Shown here piece by piece: positions 9,167-17,248 of a stretch of 60,847 nt of DNA. The DNA is from a virus (Duplodnaviria > Caudoviricetes), in IMG/VR virus record IMGVR_UViG_3300020042_009006, positions 1 through 60,847 of that record. One strand, written 5' to 3'. The stretch's first letter is position 1; every line of letters begins with the position of its first letter. The notes under the pieces were generated by a model, which searched no databases, had not been told where the DNA came from, and saw only the letters and a list, made by a program, of their open reading frames with translations. The position numbers were made by a program, and so were the translations under genes.

Positions 9167-9687
9167 TACTTGTAACTGGTGGATTTGATCCAATGCATAG
9201 TGGGCATATTGCTTACTTAAAAGCTGCACGCGAATTAGGAGACGCCCTTATTGTTGGATTAAACTCCGACGAATGGCTAAAGCGCAAAAAAGGGCTATAC
9301 TTTATGTCCGCTGATGACCGTCGAGCCGTCCTGGAGGAGCTGAAGAGCGTAGACGGTGTTTTAGAGTTTGATGACGAAGATGGGACCGCAATTGACGCAA
9401 TTAAGTGGACTTTGGCCGAACATCCGTTCGATAAAGTGATTTTTGCCAACGGTGGAGACAGAACACTTGACAACATACCAGAGATGGTGGTACAGTCAGA
9501 GAGACTTGAGTTCGTCTTCGGAGTTGGAGGAGAAGACAAGAAGAATAGCTCCAGCTGGATTCTAGAAGAGTATAGAAAAAAGCTAGAGATTCAGTTGATT
9601 GAAATTCTTGACAAAGAGAAAGAACGCTCTAAACTTGGATTCATTCAATACAAAAGAATTATAGAGTTGATAGAGGAGAGCAAATAA
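9154..9687 (+). CDS. Cytidylyltransferase-like nucleotidyltransferase (TagD/RfaE-II family)
   Basis: GGFDPMHSGH (HxGH), GLNSD, FANGGDR, KKNSSS. Confidence 0.88.
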   Translation: MRTIVLVTGGFDPMHSGHIAYLKAARELGDALIVGLNSDEWLKRKKGLYFMSADDRRAVLEELKSVDGVLEFDDEDGTAIDAIKWTLAEHPFDKVIFANGGDRTLDNIPEMVVQSERLEFVFGVGGEDKKNSSSWILEEYRKKLEIQLIEILDKEKERSKLGFIQYKRIIELIEESK

Positions 9688-9927
9688 GTGAGCACTTCAG
9701 AAGAGTTATATAGAAAATACAACCCCATGCAAGCCGAGGAGAAACAAGTGAGCATTGAAGCATATGATTATGGCAAAAAAGATGGTAGTGCGGAAGAGCG
9801 TGAACGCATTATCAAGCTGCTGACTGAGCTTGGTGCGATTCGTCGAGACGCGCTTGGACTATTGTGTGCATTCAACACCGAAGGTACAGAGGTAATTTAC
9901 CTGCCTGGATTGGAACCTCGTGAATAG
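9688..9927 (+). CDS. Hypothetical protein
   Basis: ORF in operon context. Confidence 0.5.
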   Translation: MSTSEELYRKYNPMQAEEKQVSIEAYDYGKKDGSAEERERIIKLLTELGAIRRDALGLLCAFNTEGTEVIYLPGLEPRE

Positions 9928-10243
9928 CGAGTACGAAAACATAGACGCAAGTATTGATGCCTTAGCAGAACGAATCGAGCTGGCTGGTATTGGGTTGTCG
10001 GTTATGCGTGAAAAGATTGAATCTATTGGTGATAGATTAACTATTCTTCAGATGGAGGTTGACCTTGGAGAAGAAGATTTATAGAGGCTATCCGTGCCGT
10101 AAACACAGAATTAGATTCATGGGAAGTTACTGCCCTAAGTGCTACAAAGAGCGCAGGGATACTGAAAGAAATCGTTAAGCCGATTTGACTTCTACATTGT
10201 GTTACTAGAGAATAGTAATACTGCAGTATGTAGAAGGAACTAA

Positions 10244-10768
10244 ATGTTTGATATGAGCCAGGCCATATGCCAAAAAGAAAAAGATATAAATATCTTCTTT
10301 CCAGGTGAAGACGATGTATATGACCCTCAGGTTCTAAACTATGCAAAATCAGTTTGCATGCAGTGCCCTATAAAAATGGAATGCCGTAAAGAGGGCATAA
10401 GACTAGATGCAATCGGAGTCTGGGGTGGACTTACTGAAAAAGAAAGACGCCGAGTTGCGAAGGGCACAGATAAAGTTAAACTTAGCGGAAAAGCCATACA
10501 AATATTTAAAGCTGTAAATGCTGAGAGATCTTTACTAGCCGCAACAGCTGACATACCTTTATATAAGAAAGCGTTAAAGTTGTATGGTAAAAACATGCCA
10601 GTTGACTTCCGTAGAATTTTAGAAGCAAGAATTGATAATCCAACACTGTCTTTGACACAGCTGGGTGATATGCTTGGTATACGTAAAGACGCTGTGTCCG
10701 GAAGACTTCGTCGCACTAAAGATGCCATACTTTCTGAAAAAGAGTTAGTATGGAAACTGCCCCAGTAG
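10244..10768 (+). CDS. WhiB domain fused to a WhiA C-terminal HTH domain
   Basis: N-term C..CMQC..C and GVWGGLTEKERR; C-term N..RS..AA..AL..G..P..R..SL..LG..KDAVSGRLRR matches the actinobacterial WhiA HTH pattern (KDAVAGRIRR). Confidence 0.8.
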   Translation: MFDMSQAICQKEKDINIFFPGEDDVYDPQVLNYAKSVCMQCPIKMECRKEGIRLDAIGVWGGLTEKERRRVAKGTDKVKLSGKAIQIFKAVNAERSLLAATADIPLYKKALKLYGKNMPVDFRRILEARIDNPTLSLTQLGDMLGIRKDAVSGRLRRTKDAILSEKELVWKLPQ

Positions 10769-10830
10769 CTCAACGGTAGAGCAACGCTCTTGTAAAGCGT
10801 AGGTTGTGATCTCGGAATTCACCTGGGGCT
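10759..10830 (+). tRNA. tRNA-Thr(TGT), atypical T-loop
   Basis: GCCCCAG/CTGGGGC acceptor; ACGCT-CTTGTAA-AGCGT anticodon arm; T-loop CTCGGAA. Confidence 0.8.
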
Positions 10831-10946
10831 CGCTGCTGTGCAGTATGTTGTTTCTTTAGCGGTCTATCTTTCTCCCGCTGGGTTTGTGGCTTCATACTGC
10901 TCTTGCGATAGGTCTGGCCCACCTGTGTAGCAAAACGGGCCACTTA

Positions 10947-11023
10947 CGGGACTTAGCTCAGCTGGTTAGAGCCCCGAACTCATAATTCGGTCGTCGTGGG
11001 TTCAAGTCCCACAGTCCCGACCA
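10947..11023 (+). tRNA. tRNA with CAT anticodon (elongator Met or Ile2)
   Basis: Cloverleaf with encoded CCA; C1-G72 is paired, so not initiator-like. Confidence 0.9.
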
Positions 11024-11040
11024 TTTAGTTAGGAGCAGAT

Positions 11041-11442
11041 GTGAGAGATTTCAAGAACCCATATTACGATGGTCCTGAATGTGTTTGTTGTACAAAAGCA
11101 GCTCCCGTAGATTGGGAACGCCCTTGGGGTGGCTACAGTGTTTTAGAAGATGTCGATCCGCCTGTATGCGTGAAAGTCTTATCAATAAACCCTAAAAGCA
11201 GACTATCCCTGCAGACGCATGAAAAGCGTTCCGAGAGATGGTATATCTTAGACGCCGGTATTGTTGTAACCGTCGGAGACAAAACCTGGGAAACAGAGGT
11301 CGGAGAGACGGTGTATGTGCCTTTTATGGAAAAACATCGCATAGAGAACATTTCAAATAGACTTGCACGAATCGTCGAATTGATGTATGGTGAATATCAC
11401 GAGGAAGATATCACTCGCATTGAAGACGATTATGGAAGATAA
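11041..11442 (+). CDS. Mannose-6-phosphate isomerase type II C-terminal-like cupin
   Basis: ERPWGGY, RLSLQTHEKRSERW, HRIEN, EEDITRIEDDYGR. Confidence 0.85.
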   Translation: MRDFKNPYYDGPECVCCTKAAPVDWERPWGGYSVLEDVDPPVCVKVLSINPKSRLSLQTHEKRSERWYILDAGIVVTVGDKTWETEVGETVYVPFMEKHRIENISNRLARIVELMYGEYHEEDITRIEDDYGR

Positions 11443-11553
11443 TGAGCCCGACAAACGACCAAGAATACGAACGTATTATTAAGGCAATTCGCTTAGATAG
11501 ACAGATGAAAAGAAAGCGTCTATATGAGCAAGTAAAACGGGCTAATGCAAAAT

Positions 11554-11626
11554 CCTCCGGTACTCCAATGGCAGAGAGAGCCGACTTAAAATCGGTACAG
11601 TGCGAGTTCGAGTCTCGCGCGGAGGA
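11554..11626 (+). tRNA. tRNA-Leu(TAA), short variable arm
   Basis: GCCGA-CTTAAAA-TCGGT anticodon arm, GCGAG-TTCGAGT-CTCGC T-arm, CCTCCG/CGGAGG acceptor. Confidence 0.8.
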
Positions 11627-11652
11627 CAGTAAAAAGGGACTAGGATAGATAC

Positions 11653-11910
11653 ATGATCAACGACTTTGAATATGTATCCAACCCTCTAGACATTGAGGAG
11701 GGGGAGATTACTAGCAAGCAAGGCAATATTGTCAATAACTATCTAGCTAGTAAGGTTGCTTTAGACGCATCTATTTCGGAATCCCTTAACTCTTCGTATG
11801 ACTTTGGATACCTAATGGGTATGAAGGACGAGCGTCTAGCTGTAATTGAATTGCTTAAAACTTCTGGTCTAGAAGAAGCTGCTAAGTTCTTGGAGGAGTC
11901 TGATGACTGA
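11653..11910 (+). CDS. Hypothetical protein
   Basis: ORF coupled to thyX. Confidence 0.55.
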   Translation: MINDFEYVSNPLDIEEGEITSKQGNIVNNYLASKVALDASISESLNSSYDFGYLMGMKDERLAVIELLKTSGLEEAAKFLEESDD

Positions 11911-12601
11911 TATTAAATACCGTAGCGACATGACGGTCGAGCTTGTGCAGAGCATGGGTAGCGACGAGATGGTTGCTATGTCTGCTCGTGTAAGCACTGG
12001 TGCTGGAGCTTCTACACCAGAAAAAGATGCTGGTCTAATCAACTATCTAATGCGAGACCGTCATGGTTCTCCGTTCGAGCACAACGCATTTACCTTTTAC
12101 ATCGAAGCTCCTATTTTTGTGTTCCGTGAGTTTATGCGTCACCGTATTGCTTCATACAATGAGGAAAGCGCTCGCTACAAAGAACTTGAGCCTATGTTCT
12201 ATGTTCCTTCACTAGAGCGTAAATTAGTTCAAAAGGGTAAGCCAGGTGCTTATGAGTTTGAATTGGGAGATCTTAGACAGCTATCTACTGTTTATCGCTC
12301 TAGCTATGAAGCTAACAAGGTTGCCTACGAAGAATACCAAAAGATGCTAGACGCAGGTATTGCTAGAGAAGTAGCACGCGGAGTACTTCCAGTAAACATC
12401 TACTCGTCTATGTTTGTAACTATGAACGCACGTTCGCTAATGAACTTCCTCTCGCTAAGAACTATGCGAGAAGGTACACAGTTTCCATCATTTCCGCAAC
12501 GGGAGATTGAAATGGTTGCAGAGATGATGGAATCCCTTTGGGCTGAAAAGATGCCTATAACCTATGAGACATTTAACAAGAATGGTAGAGTAACGCCCTA
12601 A
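11903..12601 (+). CDS. thyX: FAD-dependent thymidylate synthase
   Basis: HGSPFEH and RHRIASYNEESARY (RHRx7S) motifs. Confidence 0.95.
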   Translation: MTDIKYRSDMTVELVQSMGSDEMVAMSARVSTGAGASTPEKDAGLINYLMRDRHGSPFEHNAFTFYIEAPIFVFREFMRHRIASYNEESARYKELEPMFYVPSLERKLVQKGKPGAYEFELGDLRQLSTVYRSSYEANKVAYEEYQKMLDAGIAREVARGVLPVNIYSSMFVTMNARSLMNFLSLRTMREGTQFPSFPQREIEMVAEMMESLWAEKMPITYETFNKNGRVTP

Positions 12602-12819
12602 TGGACGCATATGGAGTAATTCAGCTGGATGGATATTTACTATCTATTCCTGGGCTACTCTTTTATTTGTTCTCGTCTGTTGTATTTGTTTTCCTACTTT
12701 GGAGATTGTCTGACGGATATTTCCGCCTTACTAAGTTTGTTATCTTGTCGGTAGCAACTATTGTTTTTTGGACTCTTGGTCTAATTGAACTAGGGATGTG
12801 GTTCTATGTCAAAGCGTGA
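12601..12819 (+). CDS. Membrane protein
   Basis: Two TM helices; coupled to thyX. Confidence 0.6.
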   Translation: MDAYGVIQLDGYLLSIPGLLFYLFSSVVFVFLLWRLSDGYFRLTKFVILSVATIVFWTLGLIELGMWFYVKA

Positions 12820-12975
12820 TATTTGGACAGCACTAATTATCTACTTCATCTCGGGTGAGATTGTTTGGACGATTATCTCTATGGAGCTTCCTTGGCAGAT
12901 TTGGTTGCTAGGTCAACCTGTTATCGTAGCCGCAAGTATGCTTATCGTTGGACTAACTATGGGAGGTAGAAATAA

Positions 12976-13680
12976 ATGAAAATCGACGCCGCTATTGTTG
13001 TCCCGTGGAGAAGTAATCCCGAACGAGAATTTTCATTTGAGCTTGCTTGGAGATATAACGGTCCTGCATTCTCTGACTTTAAAATATACTTTTCTGATAG
13101 CGTCGGAGAAAGATTCAACGTATCTGAAGCTAGAAATCGTGGATGCATACAGGCCATAGAAGATGGCTACAAGTTCTTGATTGTCATGGACGCTGACACT
13201 ATCTTTGATCGGGACTCTGTAATAGACGCTCTTAAGGTTGTATCAGAAGAAGAAGTTATCTCTTACCTATACACAAGGTCCATGGAACCATACATGACTA
13301 CTTGTGCAGCATTAGATAGGGGAGACATACAACTACATGAAATAGAAAAACAACACGCGACTCCTGCGATAGAACATGTTGGTAGTGGTTGGGCTATGAG
13401 TAGTGAAATGTTTTGGAAGATGAATGGTTGGGACGAAAACTTTATTGGTTGGGGGTATGAAGATACAGCTTTTGATAAAGCATATAAAGTTCTACATGAT
13501 AAGCCGATGTTGCGTGTTCCAGGGGAATGCTATCGACTATATCACTCGATGAGAGACGATAAAGACTTTGATAAAAATTCTCAAAGATTCAATTTACACT
13601 ACGAGAATCCAGAAATAGACTTTAAAGATCTTTTAAAAAGAAACATGGTGCATAGAGAGGTAGCCAATGAAAGTTCCTAA
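12976..13680 (+). CDS. Glycosyltransferase (GT-A fold, GT2/GT7-like)
   Basis: VVPWR, ARNRG, DAD, NGWDENFIGWGYED. Confidence 0.88.
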   Translation: MKIDAAIVVPWRSNPEREFSFELAWRYNGPAFSDFKIYFSDSVGERFNVSEARNRGCIQAIEDGYKFLIVMDADTIFDRDSVIDALKVVSEEEVISYLYTRSMEPYMTTCAALDRGDIQLHEIEKQHATPAIEHVGSGWAMSSEMFWKMNGWDENFIGWGYEDTAFDKAYKVLHDKPMLRVPGECYRLYHSMRDDKDFDKNSQRFNLHYENPEIDFKDLLKRNMVHREVANESS

Positions 13681-14014
13681 GTCAGTGCAAATTGGTACTC
13701 AGATATTTGAAATTGTTCTACGTGACCGCAAGGATGACGGTATGCTCAATGACGCGATCATGGGCTACACCCTAGGCACAGAGAATCTTATTATTATCGA
13801 TAGCAGTCTTAAGTATTCAAAACAAAGAACTACTCTTATACATGAAATACTTCATGCAATACATGACGTGTTTGACAACACTGTAAAGCCGACTAAGAAA
13901 GATGACTTCGAAGTTTGGGAGCACTACTTTATTGGAATGTATGAAGAGCCGCTACTGCTTATCCTTAGAGACAACCCTGAGTTGGTTGACTATCTAAGAG
14001 GGCAATCAAAGTAA
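13667..14014 (+). CDS. HEXXH metallopeptidase-like protein
   Basis: TLIHEILHA. Confidence 0.65.
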   Translation: MKVPKSVQIGTQIFEIVLRDRKDDGMLNDAIMGYTLGTENLIIIDSSLKYSKQRTTLIHEILHAIHDVFDNTVKPTKKDDFEVWEHYFIGMYEEPLLLILRDNPELVDYLRGQSK

Positions 14015-14023
14015 GAAGACGAA

Positions 14024-14914
14024 ATGAAAATATACATCGCCGGACCTATGTCTGGAGTAGAAGACTGGAACTTCCCTGCATTCTTTGAAGCTGAGCGTCA
14101 GCTGTTGGAGTTGGGACACGAAGTTGTAAACCCTGCACACAATGACGGATCGACTTACGAAGAAGCACTAGCCTCTGCTAATGCTGGAAAGCATTCGTGG
14201 GACTGGTACATGCGTCGTGACTTGACTAACCTTATTACCTGCGATGCAGTTTGTCTTCTTCCTGAGTGGAGGAACTCTAAAGGTGCTTCGCTAGAAGTGC
14301 AAGTTGCTAGAGGTCTAGACATGCCTTTATATATTCTTCGTGATGAAGAGTTAGTGCCGCGGGTTGAGATTCTAGGACTAAGCGGATGGGCTAGAAACGG
14401 TAAAGATACTGTTGCAGACCACCTAATTGAGAACTATGGATATGAGCGAGTATCGTTTGCTGCCCCTATGAAAGAGGCACTTTACAGACTTAACCCTAAA
14501 ATCACAATCAATGGTATCCCTAGTCTTTCAGTAAAACTTGGTGTAGACCTTTATGGTTGGGATGACCTAAAAGCTCATGGTCCAGAGATTCGTGAGCTAT
14601 TACAACGCTTTGGTACTGAAGTTGGACGCGAAATGTTTGGCGATGACTTTTGGGTAAACGCAGCTATTGATAGCATCAAGGATGGCAGCAGAGTAGTTGT
14701 TTCTGATGTCAGATATCCAAACGAAGCAGACGCAGTTAAAAAGCTTGGTGGTGAAGTTTGGAGAGTTGTGAGACCTGGATATGGTGCTGCTAACGATCAT
14801 GCTTCGGAACATGCCCTAAATGACTACAATTTTGACTATGTATTGGAGAATAATTCTGGTGTGCAGTCGTTATATGACTCTGTTGACTCGAAACTTGCTG
14901 TAAAATCCTACTAA
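14024..14914 (+). CDS. DUF4406 (nucleoside deoxyribosyltransferase-like) fused to dNMP kinase
   Basis: IYIAGPMSG..SKGASLE N-domain; GLSGWARNGKDT, LQRFGTE, DVRYPNE, HASE C-domain. Confidence 0.85.
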   Translation: MKIYIAGPMSGVEDWNFPAFFEAERQLLELGHEVVNPAHNDGSTYEEALASANAGKHSWDWYMRRDLTNLITCDAVCLLPEWRNSKGASLEVQVARGLDMPLYILRDEELVPRVEILGLSGWARNGKDTVADHLIENYGYERVSFAAPMKEALYRLNPKITINGIPSLSVKLGVDLYGWDDLKAHGPEIRELLQRFGTEVGREMFGDDFWVNAAIDSIKDGSRVVVSDVRYPNEADAVKKLGGEVWRVVRPGYGAANDHASEHALNDYNFDYVLENNSGVQSLYDSVDSKLAVKSY

Positions 14915-15161
14915 ATTTCGGAAAGTAGCATAAAAATTACTGAAGGTCAAGAGGAGTTTTCTGAAGAAATTCAGGAAATTGTCAATCAAGAAGTTCTAAA
15001 AGCTAAAAAACTGCTTCTAGATGACCTTGTAAGGCTAGAAATTTTGAACTATAGCAGTTATGACGGAATTTACTTTAAGATGGTCAACGGATATTTGGTA
15101 ATTGTCAGTGATGAAATAGATGTATGATTGAAGTATCTAGACCAAATAGGAAGAGCATATT

Positions 15162-15446
15162 GTGATTAACGAACGTCAATTACTCAAAATACAGAAACAA
15201 CGACACTTTAGCGAAATTCGCATCATGCTTATGAATAATACGCTATTTAAAAACCTATCTGAGCGTGAGATACGTCAGATGATAAAGCTTATCTACAAAG
15301 CTGAGATGATTGAGATTCATGCCCGTGATAAGCGTATTGTTCGCGTAAATGAGTCATTCCAGGACATTATGAACGCTATTATGAATAGCCCAGACTTTAC
15401 TGACGAAGATGACGACAAGGACCCGTTTCGCGACGACGAACGCTAA
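15162..15446 (+). CDS. Hypothetical protein
   Basis: ORF at the end of the plus-strand block. Confidence 0.5.
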   Translation: MINERQLLKIQKQRHFSEIRIMLMNNTLFKNLSEREIRQMIKLIYKAEMIEIHARDKRIVRVNESFQDIMNAIMNSPDFTDEDDDKDPFRDDER

Positions 15447-15525
15447 AAATTGTGTATAATGATTATGCGGACTTAAAGTTTTTTTGGTTCTCTTTAAGTT
15501 CGTGGTAATTCCTTTCTGTTGGTAA

Positions 15526-15620
15526 GAAAGCCCCTCGGTTGAGTTAAGTGTTTCTCCCGGGGGGTTTTCTGTATCCAAAAGATAATCCCCTGGTGATCAT
15601 TTCCAGGGGATTTCTTTCTA
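15526..15620. terminator. Hairpins at the convergence of plus and minus gene blocks
   Basis: AAAGCCCCTCGG/CCGGGGGGTTTT and AATCCCCTGG/CCAGGGGATT inverted repeats. Confidence 0.6.
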
Positions 15621-15676
15621 GGGGCTTTTATTATGCGTTATACAGTCTGAACGGAGAAAGCGCTTTTATGCCTTGT

Positions 15677-16534
15677 CTAGTCTAAGAGGGCCCAAGTTTT
15701 TGGACCTACAATACCATCTACAAGTAGACCGTGCTTCTTCTGAAGAACCTTTACAGCCTTGTCGGTACCTGCTTCAAAGTTTCCAGTTACAACAATCTTT
15801 AGTTGCTGTTGGATGAACTTAACTGCCTCTCCCTTTGAACCAAGCTTCACGTATGCACCTGGGTAGCCTGGGTTTGCAATTTTAGGTTTAGCGGCAGCTG
15901 GAGCTGGTGTAGCTTTTACTGGAGCTTCTTTTACAACCTTTGCTTCGCTAGGTACAGCAACGGTTGGAATCTCTGCTACAGAGTGTGAAGGTGCAACAGT
16001 TACTGGTGCTTTTTCTGGAGTTTCTTTGTGTGCATTGACGTTTGCTTTTTCAAAAGCAATTACAGCCTTGCAGAAATCCATTGGGTCGTAATAACCCTTG
16101 CCTGTTGCAAACCCAGCTAGTGGCTGAGACTTGATGTGACCTGCCCAGATTTCCCAGTGGAGGTGCTTGCCAGTTGCAAAGCCAGTCATACCCATCTTTC
16201 CAATGACTGTGCCAGCTTCAATCTTCTGACCAGCCTTGACCTTGATTGAGCCCTTGACCATGTGGAAGTAGGTCCAAGTGACCTTCTTGCCCATAACGGT
16301 CGACTGGACGATTACTGAGTGACCGCCTGAGGTTGGGCTGTCGTTAGGGATTACCTTGATAACCTTGCCATCTGCCCAAGCTTCTAGGTAGGTGGTGTCC
16401 CCGCCCTGCCAGATGTCAACACCATTGTGGTGCTTCTTTGTTTTCTTGATTGGGTGAATTCGGTAGCCGAAAGGGCTGGTTACCTTCCAAGACTTGCCTG
16501 GGATGCCATCTACTGGCCACTGTGACTTTGCCAT
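15677..16534 (-). CDS. Endolysin: M23 peptidase plus peptidoglycan-binding domain
   Basis: HNGVD, YFH, GKHLHWE; C-terminal DGIVGPKTW. Confidence 0.88.
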   Translation of the reverse strand: MAKSQWPVDGIPGKSWKVTSPFGYRIHPIKKTKKHHNGVDIWQGGDTTYLEAWADGKVIKVIPNDSPTSGGHSVIVQSTVMGKKVTWTYFHMVKGSIKVKAGQKIEAGTVIGKMGMTGFATGKHLHWEIWAGHIKSQPLAGFATGKGYYDPMDFCKAVIAFEKANVNAHKETPEKAPVTVAPSHSVAEIPTVAVPSEAKVVKEAPVKATPAPAAAKPKIANPGYPGAYVKLGSKGEAVKFIQQQLKIVVTGNFEAGTDKAVKVLQKKHGLLVDGIVGPKTWALLD

Positions 16535-16599
16535 AATCTAATCCTTAATAAGAAGTTATATAGTACTATTTTACAACTTCAGGGAGGTTTTGATTCGAG

Positions 16600-16830
16600 C
16601 TACTTCTTAACTGCCTTCTTGCGAGGAGCTGGTTTCTTAGGCTTTTCTTCCTCTGGCTTCTCGTAGCGTAGAGGGAAGGTAAGAATCCAGATACCTAGTG
16701 TCAGGGCAATTAGCTTGCCTGTTAGGTCTTTAGCTGAGCCCTCTAGAACTAGCCAAGCTACAGCCATACCTAGCAGGGTCCAAGCCTGGTCGATGATGTC
16801 TTTGAACAGACCTTTTAAGAAGTTCTTCAT
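16600..16830 (-). CDS. Small two-TM protein, possible holin
   Basis: Two TM helices, basic tail, next to endolysin. Confidence 0.45.
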   Translation of the reverse strand: MKNFLKGLFKDIIDQAWTLLGMAVAWLVLEGSAKDLTGKLIALTLGIWILTFPLRYEKPEEEKPKKPAPRKKAVKK

Positions 16831-17246
16831 TAGTTTTCTTCTTTCTGAGCAAGTGCTCGTTTAGCTTTAAGTTCTTCAAAGTTCTTTATTTTGGTGTCGC
16901 CCATATACCCCCACGCATAGCCGCCTGCGATAAGTGCGTGGTTTACTGACTCTCCATCCCCATCGAGATACAACCAACCAAGGACTCGACCGTACTTCTC
17001 TGATGAGTCTGGCTTCTCGGTTCTTATTACGATGTTGCTGGCAGCCTTCAGCTTCTTCTTAAGAAGTTCTTTGACTTCGAGTCCTAGAACTTTTTCTTCT
17101 TTGTTTGTTGTGCGAGATTCTGGGGTATCAATACCAGCAAGACGAACTCGCTTAGTTATTGAAATGTCGAAGCCTAAGTCAATCTCAACGTCGATGGTGT
17201 CTCCGTCAATTACTGCTATGACTGTCTTTACTCTGTATTCGTACAT
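16830..17246 (-). CDS. Thermonuclease (SNase-like) protein
   Basis: VIDGDT, RLAGIDTPE, KYGRVLG. Confidence 0.88.
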   Translation of the reverse strand: MYEYRVKTVIAVIDGDTIDVEIDLGFDISITKRVRLAGIDTPESRTTNKEEKVLGLEVKELLKKKLKAASNIVIRTEKPDSSEKYGRVLGWLYLDGDGESVNHALIAGGYAWGYMGDTKIKNFEELKAKRALAQKEEN

Positions 17247-17248
17247 GA

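Noticed and set aside
11442-11648. 68-aa ORF as a confident CDS
   Set aside because: Its 3' half is a tRNA-Leu gene, so coding status is uncertain.
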